A stretch of DNA of 63,795 nucleotides, the filler included, from Octopus bimaculoides (lineage: Eukaryota): assembly GCF_001194135.2 (NCBI RefSeq). It is 9 parts of 6 records of this genome, joined end to end, with 100 filler letters (N's around TTAATTAATTAA, not from the genome) between each part and the next. Parts side by side here need not be neighbours in the genome. Positions count along the whole stretch, not along the records: positions 12,150 to 15,747 come from NC_068982.1; positions 15,848 to 31,763 come from NC_068985.1; 7 more parts are not named here. One strand, written 5' to 3'. Below, piece after piece: positions 12,150 to 23,965 of the stretch. Below the pieces are notes generated by a model. That model saw only the letters and a list, made by a program, of their open reading frames with translations, was not told where the DNA came from and did no database searches. Every line of letters begins with the position of its first letter. The stretch's first letter is position 1. A program made the translations under genes and the position numbers.

Positions 12150-14728
12150 AACCGAAACCAGGCAGCAGTATACAGAGCCATGAGAGGAGGAGCAGGGAAC
12201 ATCACAGAAACTCCTTCACAAGAAGACATAGACTCCTTCTGAAGGAAAATCTGAAATGAAGAGAAGGAGTTTAACCAAGATGCTCTGTGGCTGGAAGAAA
12301 TTCAAAGTTATTGCTCCTGCGTTACATCCAAGACATACAACATTGATGATAAAACACTTGCAACTGTGATCCAGAAACTCCAGGATGGAAAAGCACCTGG
12401 AAGAGACTTGATTGTTGGATATTGGTACAAGAGGCTAACTTTCTACCAACTATATCTTATCAATCTGTACCAGCAAGCTCTCAATGGGAACTGTAGCATA
12501 CCACACTGGTTAGCTCTGGCAGACACAAAATTGATCCCCAAATGTAGAACCACCCACATGCAAAGCACTACTGGCCAATTCCATGCCAGAGCTAAATGTA
12601 TAAGATATATACAGCATGCTTAAAACACTTCCTCGGGGCCATTGTGAAACCAGTAACATCATCACAGCAGAACAAGCAGCTGGGAAGAAGGGAGTCTGGG
12701 TATGTGCCAAGCAATTGTTAATCAACAAAACTGTGATGTCAGAGGTGCAAAAGCATAGGAGGAATCTAGTCTCAATGTGGCTAGACTACAAGAGAGCCTT
12801 TGACTCTATTCCCCACTCATGGATGCTAGAAACCCTTCAACTTGCTAAAGTTCCAGTGAACATAGTCAAAGCCATGACTGACCTGACTTTATCGTGGGCC
12901 ACCATCTTGAAATTAAACACAAAAAGTGACTGTATTATCACTGATTGAATACAGTATCACAAAGGCATATTTCAAAGGGACAGCCTCTCTGTGATGTTGT
13001 TTATACTTTCTCTAAACCCCTTGTCTTTCATGTTAAGAAGGTCTGAAGGATATCTCACTGGATATCTCACAAGGAAACAGAAACACCAAAATTACACACT
13101 GTTTCTTTGCGGATGACTTGAAACTTTATGCAAAGAATATGCATGAGATGAAAAAGAGCCTTGACCGAGTTACAACATTCTCAAAAGATGTAGGGCTGGA
13201 GTTTGGTCAGGATAAATGTTATATGGTTGTGGTTGTGAAAAGGGGGAAAACTATAAACCAGACAAGCAACATCTCCATCAATGATTTGACTGATTGTTTC
13301 TCCTATATCTGATTAGGAATGTTACAAGTAGTTTGGGGTGGGTGAAAACATACCTTACAATAGCACTTGTAACAAAACATGCATCACTAATGAATATTAC
13401 AGCCAAATAAAGAAACTTTGGACCTCAGTACTCTCTGCATTCAATAAAACAGTGGCTCACAATGTGTTTGCAGTGCCAGAACTCATACCAACATTTGGGC
13501 TGCTTGAGTGGACACTTGATGAGATCTGAGCCATTGATGTGAAAACTCAAAAAATATTTAAAAGCAGACAATTTCCACATAAACAGTGACATAGACCACC
13601 TCTACTTAATACAAAATGAAGGTGGCAAATGCTTAACATCAGTCTAAAATGCCTTTGAATGTCATATCATATCCCTTTGGCAACATCTTTTAACCACCAA
13701 GTGTCAAAGTGCATCCCTTGACCAAGTTTGCATACATGAAGCTGATAACATCATAAGACTTGGAAGACAGCTCTTTAAGCAACATCCCTTTTCTGATAAC
13801 CTAGAATACATGCCCAAAGAAGTTGCATGACTCCATTGCAACATATCATCAGATGAAAATATGCGCCTATATAAGCAAAAGACTATGCATGGATATGTTA
13901 GTAGAAAGTTCCAAGATGATAATAACATTGATCATGAAAGCTGTCTATCATGGACCAATACCCAGATTACTACCTCCCACTTTGAAGGGTATGCGTTTGC
14001 AATCCAGGAACCAAATACCTGATGCACAAAAGGGATATGGATGTAGGAAAAGCAATAAAATGTGACAACCAATGCAGACTTTGTGGAGTTAACACTGAAG
14101 ATATCACCCACATCATAAGCAGTTGTCCGAAAATATCATCACGGTATTATCCACTGAAGCGACATGATGTTGTAGCTAGGACACTTTATAATGAAATCTG
14201 TCAGAAGGATAACTCCAAGGACAAAGAAATAAGAACCCACAATATGGTAGAAGCCATAGCCACTAAAAAATTAAAAGGAATACTGGTGGAATGTACTAGT
14301 AAAGACCTCAATAAGATATAAGCACAACAGACCTGATATAATGATTTGGGATAGAGAAGAGAAACTGTGTATAGTTGTGAAAATTAGAATACTTATGCTA
14401 AACTATTAAGAAATCTGCAGTTACTCTATCTAGATTACAAGTTCAGGTTTATATCTTTAATTATTGGGACCTAGGGATTTGTAACACACTGCCTAAATAC
14501 CAATCTTGAGAAATTAGGCTTCTCAAAACCAGAAAGGAGAAAACTAATTCAAAGACTACAGATCCAATCCATCACTGGAGTTGTAAAAATTGTAAAACTT
14601 TCCAGAAGTTTATCATTTAAATAGATATGAGCATGTCTAGATATGCAACTATATGCATGAGAATACATATATAAAACAAGACATACAAATCTGCACACAT
14701 ACATACATACATACATACATACATACAT
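12150..14728 (+). mobile_element. Degenerate R4/Dong-like non-LTR retrotransposon (RT + CCHC knuckle + restriction-like endonuclease), copy 1
   Basis: RT motifs KAPGRD, EQAAGKKG..QLLIN, WLDYKRAFDSIPHSW, GIFQRDSLS and FADDLKLY. C-terminal CRLCG..EDITHIISSC, RHDVVA and RPDI.IWDR. Many stops and frameshifts. The 3' end is (ACAT)n and the 5' part is lost in the gap. Confidence 0.9.
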
Positions 14729-15190
14729 AAGCCATAGCCACTCATAATAAAAAGGAGTACTGGTGGAACGTCCCAGGGAAGATCACCAGACCTGACATAA
14801 TGATTGGAGATAGAGAAGAGAAATTGTGCATAGTTGTGGAAATTAGCTGCCCAGCGGATGTTAAGATAAAGTTGAAGATAAGTGAAAAAGAGAACACCTA
14901 TGTTGAACTATTGAGAAATCTGCAGTTACTCTATCCAGATTACAAGTTCAGGTTTATACCTGTAATTATTGGGGCCCTTGAATATGTAACACACTGCCTA
15001 AGATTACAGATCCAATCCACCACTGGAACTGTAAAAATCTGTAAAACTTTCCAGAAATTTATCATTTAAGTATATTTGAGCATGTCTAGATATGCAACTA
15101 TATGTATGAGAACACATACATAACGTATACAAATCTGCACATACATACATACATGCATGTATAAATGCATACATGCATACATACATACAA
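14729..15190 (+). mobile_element. 5'-truncated R4/Dong-like copy 2 (RLE region + 3' UTR), in tandem with copy 1
   Basis: ORF 14800-15069 reads DREEKLCIVVEISCPAD..LLRNLQLLYPDYKFRFIPVIIGALEYV. The nucleotide sequence parallels ~14250-14728. It starts right after the (ACAT)n tail of copy 1. Confidence 0.85.
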
Positions 15191-15230
15191 ACAAAAATAT
15201 CCTGTTGTTGATGTTGAAATTCCAATGAAG

Positions 15231-15747
15231 TAACTCTATAAGATGCACCCAGTGCAAGCTATGGACACATAAGAGGTGCAGCAATATCAAAGGAAGGTTA
15301 ACTAGGAAGTTAGTTTTTGTTTGCAGCAGATGTTCTGGAGCTATAAATACTGGGAATGTGCAGAAAACAACTTCTGCCACATTCCAGGGAGTAAAACTAG
15401 AAGTGGCTGATAGCTTCCACTATCTTGGTGACCAAATTAGCAGTGGAGGTGGGTGCACTGAAAGCGTAGCTGCTAGAATTAGAATAGCCTGGGCAAAGTT
15501 CAGAGAGCTCTTACCTCTGCTGGCGACAAAGGGTCTCTCTCTCAGAGTAAAAGGCAGATTGTATGATGCATGTGTATGAACAGCCATGCTTCATGGCAGT
15601 GAAACATGGGCCGTGACTGCTGAGGACATGCGTAGGCTCACAAGGAATGAAGCCAGTATGCTCCGATGGATGTGTAATGTCAGTGTGCATACTAGACAGA
15701 GTATCAGTACCTTGAGAGAAAAGTTGAACTTACGAAGCATCAGTTGT
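15231..15747 (+). mobile_element. 5'-truncated RTE-clade LINE fragment with PHD-like finger
   Basis: One frame from 15232: NSIRCTQCKLWTHKRCS..FVCSRC..LEVADSFHYLGDQIS..ARIRIAWAKF..KGRLYDACV*TAMLHGSETW..MLRWMC. The single stop is at 15577-15579. It runs into the gap. Confidence 0.9.
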
Positions 15748-15881
15748 NNNNNNNNNNNNNNNNNNNNNNNNNNNNNNNNNNNNNNNNNNNNTTAATTAAT
15801 TAANNNNNNNNNNNNNNNNNNNNNNNNNNNNNNNNNNNNNNNNNNNNCATTCTCATTTTTATATATATAGATGTTTTCCTT

Positions 15882-15916
<35 letters not shown>

Positions 15917-16445
15917 GTATGTATGTATGTATGTATGTGTGTGTATGTATGTATGTATGTATGCATGTATGTATATCCACCCACTAATCTGGTTGTATGT
16001 CTATCTGTCTATCTATCTACCTTCTTCCTCTTTCAAATACGACAGAGTCCCATCCTTCATTTCTACTCTCCTTTTTCACTTCAAAACCTGATAACAATAC
16101 ATAAGGAGTTCGTTCATTGTACAATACCCAGTCTGCCTAATATAATTACAAGACAACTACAAGTTTCTCTCCTCTTCTCTTTCACACTCCCCACATCTTT
16201 CATTTATATATTTTTTCATTTTATATTTTATATTTTATATATTATTTATTTATTTATATATTTATTGTTCTTTTTCGCATCTTTTATTTACTTTATTTTC
16301 TCTTGTCGTTTTGTCACTTTTCTATTGTTTGTTCAGAAATGGCGTGGGGGACTCTTTATCAGTCCTTTTCATATGCTAATAAGGTTTTCCGAGGTTGGTG
16401 CCGCCGTCGCTGCTGCTGCTGCTGCTGCTACTACTCTTACTACTA

Positions 16446-16481
<36 letters not shown>

Positions 16482-16559
16482 TCCATTGTTTTACGAGACT
16501 GAGGCGCGAACCCCAAGCTTTTCCTGTAGAGAAAGCCTGCTGTATTGTTTAGTTAAATA

Positions 16560-16655
16560 ATTGAATTTTCTGACCAGGTTATCATTCATCCCCTCTCTCT
16601 CTCTCTCTCTCTGTCCCCTCTCTCTCTCTGTCCCCCCTCTCTTTCTGTCCCTCTC

Positions 16656-16731
<76 letters not shown>

Positions 16732-17200
16732 TCACTCTCTCTTCCTTAAACACACACGCGCACTCACATACACAACACAAAACACACATTCACTGACATA
16801 ACAAATCAGTTCACTTCACTTTCCCAACGCGCTGATGCACACGCAAACACAGACACACACACACACACACACACACATACACACACACACACACGCATAT
16901 GCAAGCACACACATACACACACACACACACACTTGAACGAAGACATATTCTCTCTCACACACACACACCAATCTTAGAATGATACAAAAACACACTGATA
17001 CACACACATACCCACACATATACTGCATGCGAAATCGTACATACACACTCGTACATGCACACACACTCACACACACACACACATACACACACTCAGACAC
17101 ACATATATACATATATATGCATACACACACTCACACACTCGCACACGCACACACGCTCTATCACACACACATGCAAACTCACGCCTACGTATACACTCCT
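16560..17200. repeat. Compound (CT)n / (CA)n microsatellite tract
   Basis: Directly visible. It is the source of spurious SL/RE/CV/TH ORFs. Confidence 0.9.
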
Positions 17201-18037
17201 TCGTTTTTTTTATTCTCTTCGCTTATTATTTTTAGGGGTCAGCATAAAGAAATCAAACCATACATAAGGGCCTACGCAGCTTTTTTTTNNNNNNNNNNNN
17301 NNNNNNNNNNNNNNNNNNNNNNNNNNNNNNNNNNNNNNNNNNNNNNNNNNNNNNNNNNNNNNNNNNNNNNNNNNNNNNNNNNNNNNNNNNNNNNNNNNNN
17401 NNNNNNNNNNNNNNNNNNNNNNNNNNNNNNNNNNNNNNNNNNNNNNNNNNNNNNNNNNNNNNNNNNNNNNNNNNNNNNNNNNNNNNNNNNNNNNNNNNNN
17501 NNNNNNNNNNNNNNNNNNNNNNNNNNNNNNNNNNNNNNNNNNNNNNNNNNNNNNNNNNNNNNNNNNNNNNNNNNNNNNNNNNNNNNNNNNNNNNNNNNNN
17601 NNNNNNNNNNNNNNNNNNNNNNNNNNNNNNNNNNNNNNNNNNNNNNNNNNNNNNNNNNNNNNNNNNNNNNNNNNNNNNNNNNNNNNNNNNNNNNNNNNNN
17701 NNNNNNNNNNNNNNNNNNNNNNNNNNNNNNNNNNNNNNACCACCACCGCCGCTATTTCTTCTCCTCCCACTTTACCTTAAATTTGTTTTTCTACTCTGCC
17801 AACCACCCATGTCACAATCAGCTTCCTTGTTTTTTTTTTTTCTGCTCTATCTACTACTCACCTCCTACTTCTCCCTTCATCCTTATTTCTGTTCGCCATC
17901 TTCGTTTTCCTTCGATCTCTCCTAACCCACATACGTCCGTCATACAATGTGTTCTCATCATTCTTTTCGTCAACATGCCAACAAGAGGAACTTTTCCCAA
18001 AAACTTTCCTTCTGCCTTTTGTCTCCTTTATTCTTTG

Positions 18038-18146
<109 letters not shown>

Positions 18147-18743
18147 CTCTCTCTATCTCTTCCCGCCTGTCTTATTCAGTTGTTTTTTACTCTCCGTCTC
18201 TCAATTTGCTATCTCCTCTTTTCCTTTCTTCCAACTACCCTACTACAACTTGAAGTCTACCGCAAGCACCTTTATACCCACCGTATATGTACGTGCGAGC
18301 CTATGTCTGTATAAATATATGTATATAATTATATCTCACCCCTTATTTTTTTCCTTCTCGCACCTCTCTCTCCCCCCTCTCTCTCTCTTTCTTTTCCTCT
18401 CTCATTCATGGCTACAATCCAATGACTACAATTAGAAAATGAATGAATACATGTCTGTATATTCGCGTATGTAGGCATGTACATACATACTTACATATAC
18501 ACTTACATATGCACACAAACTGAGATATGTAAGTGTATTCATACATACATGTATACAAGCACACACACACACACACGCAATGTCCAATCTTAAAGACTAT
18601 TGGATTTTACTCACAAGGTATTGGAATCTTATATGTATACCATTCTGCCTAAACAATGGATTTACAAGTACAATATTCCCTACATTCACTCTCTATTTCC
18701 TATCTTATCTAAACTAACTATTGCTTAACCATCCTCTCACACC

Positions 18744-18790
18744 GTCTCCGATGAAGGGATATAATAAAATCCTGGAAACAGCTGTAAGAC
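18744..18790 (+). ncRNA. Degenerate minimal type-I hammerhead ribozyme-like motif
   Basis: GTCT-CCGATGA-A-GGGAT(ATAATAAA)ATCCT-G-GAA-ACAGCTGT-A-AGAC. Stem I is GTCT/AGAC and stem III is the palindrome ACAGCTGT. The core has U4->C and an extra G before GAAA. Confidence 0.45.
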
Positions 18791-19586
18791 CTTCTATTTA
18801 TAAATGCTCTATATTATATACAGCCTGGGTTTTTTTAATCTCATTACGAAAAGTAAGTCCTCATATATATATATATATATATATACNNNNNNNNNNNNNN
18901 NNNNNNNNNNNNNNNNNNNNNNNNNNNNNNNNNNNNNNNNNNNNNNNNNNNNNNNNNNNNNNNNNNNNNNNNNNNNNNNNNNNNNNNNNNNNNNNNNNNN
19001 NNNNNNNNNNNNNNNNNNNNNNNNNNNNNNNNNNNNNNNNNNNNNNNNNNNNNNNNNNNNNNNNNNNNNNNNNNNNNNNNNNNNNNNNNNNNNNNNNNNN
19101 NNNNNNNNNNNNNNNNNNNNNNNNNNNNNNNNNNNNNNNNNNNNNNNNNNNNNNNNNNNNNNNNNNNNNNNNNNNNNNNNNNNNNNNNNNNNNNNNNNNN
19201 NNNNNNNNNNNNNNNNNNNNNNNNNNNNNNNNNNNNNNNNNNNNNNNNNNNNNNNNNNNNNNNNNNNNNNNNNNNNNNNNNNNNNNNNNNNNNNNNNNNN
19301 NNNNNNNNNNNNNNNNNNNNNNNNNNNNNNNNNNNNNNNNNNNNNNNNNNNNNNNNNNNNNNNNNNNNNNNNNNNNNNNNNNNNNNNNNNNNNNNNNNNN
19401 NNNNNNNNNNNNNNNNNNNNNNNNNNNNNNNNNNNNNNNNNNNNNNNNNNNNNNNNNNNNNNNNNNNNNNNNNNNNNNNNNNNNNNNNNNNNNNNNNNNN
19501 NNNNNNNNNNNNNNNNNNNNNNNNNNNNNNNNNNNNNNNNNNNNNNNNNNNNNNNNNNNNNNNNNNNNNNNNNNNNNNNNNNNNNN

Positions 19587-19946
19587 ATGCTGGAGCACCG
19601 CCTTTAGTCGAGCTAATCGACCCCAGGACTTATTCTTTGTAAGCCTAGTACTTATTCTATCGGTCTCTTTTTGCCGAACCGCTAAGTTACGGGGGACGTA
19701 AACACACCGCCATCGCTTGTCAAGCGATGGTGGGGGGACAAACACAGACACACAATCACACACACATATATATACATATATACGACGGGCTTCTTTCAGT
19801 TTTCGTCTACCAAATCCACTCACAAGGCTTTGGTCGGCCCGAGGCTATAGTAGAAGACACTTGCCAAAGGTGCCACGCAGTGGGACTGAACCCGGAACCA
19901 TGTGGTTGGTAGGCAAGCTACTTACCACACAGCCACTCCTGCTCCT
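19587..19946 (-). mobile_element. SINE family A, near full length (tRNA head + CORE-like segment + internal microsatellite + tail)
   Basis: Minus strand: GGAGTGGCTGTGTGGTAAG..GGGTTCAGTCCC (A/B boxes), then GGCACCTTTGGCAAGTGTCTT (CORE-like), internal (TA/TG)n and the shared tail. The 3' end is cut by the gap. Confidence 0.9.
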
Positions 19947-20467
19947 ACATTGTATATTAGTATTTATATCCAATGCTGCATGGAAACGATTGTAATTACA
20001 GAGTTAAAAATAATACCATAAATTCCAGTCTTTGAATTGATAAGTCTCCGAAATTCATTCTTTGAAGATTTTTCGAGCGAAAGAACCACCGGAAATGAAA
20101 GAAAAAAAATGGCTAATGTACAGTTATTGCAGGCATTATACATCGAGCCAATCAGTTGTTGGATGTGAGCTTATCTGTCTTATTTTCTTGAATTTGTCCA
20201 GCTCAGTAAAGCTAGCATTTGTATATATTCAGCAGTTGGCATAGCAACATCTTCGTGCTTGCATTAGTTAACATGTGTTTTGTATTCTATCTACATAAAG
20301 GTAAATTCATGCTATGTGTAGAAGCTGTATTAAAAAAATGTAAATGGATAACATTTAGGCTTCAGTTTCTAGCTGGTCCAAATATATATTCATTCCGAAA
20401 GATCCCAATATAATCAGGATTTCTGAAGATTCCCATCAGCATCTGCGCGCGCGCGTGTGTATATATA

Positions 20468-20506
20468 TTCTTCAGTCATTTGACTGCGGCCATACTGGAG
20501 CACCAC
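20468..20506 (-). mobile_element. SINE family A terminal fragment
   Basis: TTCAGTCATTTGACTGCGGCCATACTGGAGCACC is the reverse complement of the family A tail end. Confidence 0.55.
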
Positions 20507-20687
20507 TTTGAATTTAAAAAAATATTATAGAACGCTTCACGAATTTGTGTCATCCTTGCGCACATGGGTGTGTATGTGCGCGCGCACGCGCGCGCGTGTG
20601 TGTGTACGTACATATGTATGCATAAGAGAGACAGAGATAAATAGAAATTTAGATACACATACATTTAAATACACCATATATACGTGA

Positions 20688-20874
20688 GCAAGTATCGACC
20701 AGACTACCGGATGTTGTGTTACACCGCTGGTCACAATGCGCTTCTTGCAGTTGAGTGCATTGGAGCAATGTGAAATGAAGTGCTTTGCTTAAGAGCATAA
20801 CGCACCACCGGTTGGACTATCGAAACCACGATTTTGCGATCGATAATAAAACTCTCAAACCACTAGACCACTCG
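20688..20874 (-). mobile_element. tRNA-derived SINE (family C), diverged
   Basis: Minus strand: GAGTGGTCTAGTGG (A box) and GGTTTCGATAGTCC (B box-like), then a CACTTCATTTCACATTGCTCC..CACTCAACTG middle segment shared with 20960-21100. Confidence 0.65.
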
Positions 20875-20959
20875 TTTTCACATGCAACTATATACAGACA
20901 TTTATTACATACACTTATACATATTCTATCTAAATATATATATATATATGTGTATTTGA

Positions 20960-21280
20960 AGGTGCGTGGCGGAGTGGTTAGGGTATTCGGCTCACAACTG
21001 TAAGGTCGTGAGTTCGATTCCCTGCAGCGCGTTTGTTTCTTTGTGCTTGACACTTTATTCCTCGTTGCTCTAGTTCACTCAGCTGGCGAAAATGAGTAGT
21101 ACCTGTATTTCAAAGGGGCCAGCCTTTGTCACATTATGTGTCAAGATGGATGTCCCTGAGAATCACGTTAAGGGTACGCGTGTCTGTGGAGTGTTCAGCC
21201 ACTTGCACGTCAATTTCACGAACAGGCTATTCCGTTAATCGGTTCAACTGGAATACTCGTCGTCGTAACCGACGGAGAAC
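20960..21280 (+). mobile_element. Chimeric SINE: family C-like head/middle + family B tail
   Basis: TGGCGGAGTGG (A box) and GAGTTCGATTCC (B box). From 21099 the tail GTACCTGTATTTCAAAGGG..GTCTGTGGAGTG.TCAGCCACTTGCACG..CCGACGGAG matches the family B tail. Confidence 0.8.
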
Positions 21281-21340
21281 TATCTATATGAGTGCCTGTG
21301 CATGTGAGTATATGTTTGTGTGTGTATATATATATATATA

Positions 21341-21454
21341 AAGAAGATGGAGGCTGTCAGAATTTTGGATAATTCTTTATAAGCGCTTTCAATCGAACTC
21401 TTCAGATATCTGAAGAGCTGAAGAATTATCCAAAATTCTGACAGTCTCCTTCTT
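21341..21454. repeat. Short foldback: 29-bp inverted arms enclosing a 20-bp perfect palindrome
   Basis: 21349-21377 vs 21421-21449 match at 28/29. CTCTTCAGATATCTGAAGAG lies at 21398-21417. Confidence 0.8.
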
Positions 21455-21507
21455 AATATACAATATCTGTACACAACTTCAAACACTCTATACATACATG
21501 TGTGTGT

Positions 21508-21586
<79 letters not shown>

Positions 21587-21844
21587 TATGTATCTATTCC
21601 TCTGTCTGTCTATATGAATATATCCATGCGTATATGCGTGTATATGTGTATCCATACTTCGTATGTATCACTTTACCTATTGTCTGTTTATATCTTTCTA
21701 TTTATATATCTATCTATCTCTGTGTGTGTGTGCGTGTGTGCGTGTCTGCGTGTCTAAGTGTGTATTGCTTGTCAACCAGTCTATGAATATCCTTTGTTAG
21801 AGCTGTTAATGTGATTGTTGTTACTGTCACTATTTTTAATGTAG

Positions 21845-21903
<59 letters not shown>

Positions 21904-22246
21904 CCTCTCTCTCATTGTTGCCCCAGCTGTTTGATTTTTATTGTTGCTCTTATATTTTGCGATTGTTGTTATTACGTCCGTTATTGTTGTTTCGCTTAGC
22001 GCTCGTGTTACTGCTGTCGTCGGCACGGTTTCGATTTCTTGTCATCATTTTAATAGTCGTCAACTGTTATTGTGTCCCGTTGTTATTACAGATGTTGTTG
22101 TTGTTGTTTTTGTTGTCCTTTTGTTGTTATGGGCACCATCATTAACATCAACAACAAAAACATAGCGTTCTTGAAAAGAATATCTATTCACGAAATTTTC
22201 AACATACCACCCACCGCTACACAGAACACATATTGCTGTTGTTGCT

Positions 22247-22285
<39 letters not shown>

Positions 22286-22370
22286 GATGTTTTGTTCTTG
22301 GTGGTGGTGGTGGTGTGTGTGTGTGTGTGTGTGTGTGTGAACGTGAATGTGAATATTTCTATATATGGTG

Positions 22371-22914
22371 GTTGGCTCTCCGTCGGTTACGACGTCGACG
22401 GTTCCAGTTGATCCGATCAACGGAACAGCCTGCTCGTGAAATTAACGTGCAAGTGGCTGAGCACTCCGCAGACACGTGTACCCTTAACGTAGTTCTCAGG
22501 GATATTCAGCGTGACACAGTGTGACAAGGCTGACCCTTCGAATTACAGGCACAACAGANNNNNNNNNNNNNNNNNNNNNNNNNNNNNNNNNNNNNNNNNN
22601 NNNNNNNNNNNNNNNNNNNNNNNNNNNNNNNNNNNNNNNNNNNNNNNNNNNNNNNNNNNNNNNNNNNNNNNNNNNNNNNNNNNNNNNNNNNNNNNNNNNN
22701 NNNNNNNNNNNNNNNNNNNNNNNNNNNNNNNNNNNNNNNNNNNNNNNNNNNNNNNNNNNNNNACAGCAGGGTTCGCCACCATCCCCTGCCGGAGTCTTGT
22801 GGAACTTTAGGTGTTTTCGCTCAATAAATACTCACAACGCCCGGTCTGGGAATCGAAACCGCGATCATACGACCGCGAGTCCGCTGCCCTAACCACTGGG
22901 CCATTGTGCCTCCA
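22371..22914 (-). mobile_element. SINE family B (tRNA head), interrupted by gap
   Basis: Minus strand TGGAGGCACAATGGCCCAGTGGTTAGGG..GTTTCGATTCCCAGACCGGGCG. Head and tail match 44259-44584 and 48186-48569. Confidence 0.9.
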
Positions 22915-23164
22915 TTTCTATATATATATAAATATACATACATACATATATAAATATATGTGTGTGTGTATATATATACACGAACATACATACGTACAAA
23001 CATGCATTCATGCATATATGCATGCATATATACACGTATGCATGTATGCATATTTATACAGATATGCACTTATGCATACATACATTCTTACATGCACGCA
23101 AAATAAGAAATGAAATGGGTAATTGCCATGCAAGAGGTGTAATTAGTTATCTATCAAGAACTAA

Positions 23165-23680
23165 GGGAGTCTTCTTTGGAATTCTTGAAGAGGAATTTCA
23201 ACTTGTATCGACAAGCCGAAAGTAGTTCAGCTTTCTTATTGAAGATTGTGGAAAGATCGAGGTTACAACCGGGTTCCTACATGTGTGGTCCTTATCTAAC
23301 ACTTCCCATGTGATAGTGGGAGAGTATGTCTTCTAGTTTTCGATTTCCAAATCTACTTTGAAAGCGATGCGATGTTTCCCAGGTGGCGGAATGAACAGTT
23401 GTGCTAGTTGTAGGAAGCATTTGAAGAAATTTTCTTTATATCCTACTTAGCTTGCGGATGTGATCCTGATGCAGGTATCAAAATGGTATATAATTCTTTC
23501 CTCTAAGCATTTTACCTTTTTAGGTAATAGCTCCATATTTAAGAACGTTCATGTTGCGTATCTTCGTTCTACGTTCGTTTACAATATTTTTGCGTCGCCG
23601 CTCTTGATGATACCAGGCAGCTGTTGCTAATCTTTACGTTATTTTTGTTGAACAGCATTGTCTTTCTTGCACACTATCTG
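23165..23680 (-). pseudogene. Degenerate Penelope-like element C-terminus (GIY-YIG endonuclease region)
   Basis: Minus-strand motifs with stops and shifts: LFNKNNVKISNSCL, (P)LKGKCLEERIIY, S*VG..E..FK, YN*HNCSFRH..SLSK*IWK, ITWEVL and FNKKAELLSACRYKLKFL. Confidence 0.75.
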
Positions 23681-23794
23681 TGTCATTCAATTTTTTTTAA
23701 AAAACAGTACTGTGTTCAATGAGAGATATTTGAATGCTATTTTTATTAACTGGATACAGCAGCCTCGTAGAAGTTCGTATATGGAAATATTAGG

Positions 23795-23965
23795 GATCAT
23801 TTCGTCCGTCTTTACGTTCTAAGTTCAAATTCCGCCGAGGTCGACTTTGCTTTTCATCCTTTCGGGTTCGATAAAATAAGTACCAGTTGTGTACTGAGGT
23901 CAATGTAATCGACTTATCCCTTTCCACCTCCGAATTTGCTGGCCTTATGCCAAAATCTGAAAACT
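23795..23965 (+). mobile_element. SINE family D, partial
   Basis: AAGTTCAAATTCCGCCGAGGTCGACTTTGCTTTTCATCCTTTCGGGTTCGATAAAATAAGTACCAG matches 63380-63480, but the 3' end differs. Confidence 0.75.

Noticed and set aside
22830-22914. Genuine tRNA genes (also 20960, 47160, 48186, 63311)
   Set aside because: A and B boxes are present but the acceptor and anticodon stems are broken, and each continues into a repeated SINE body.
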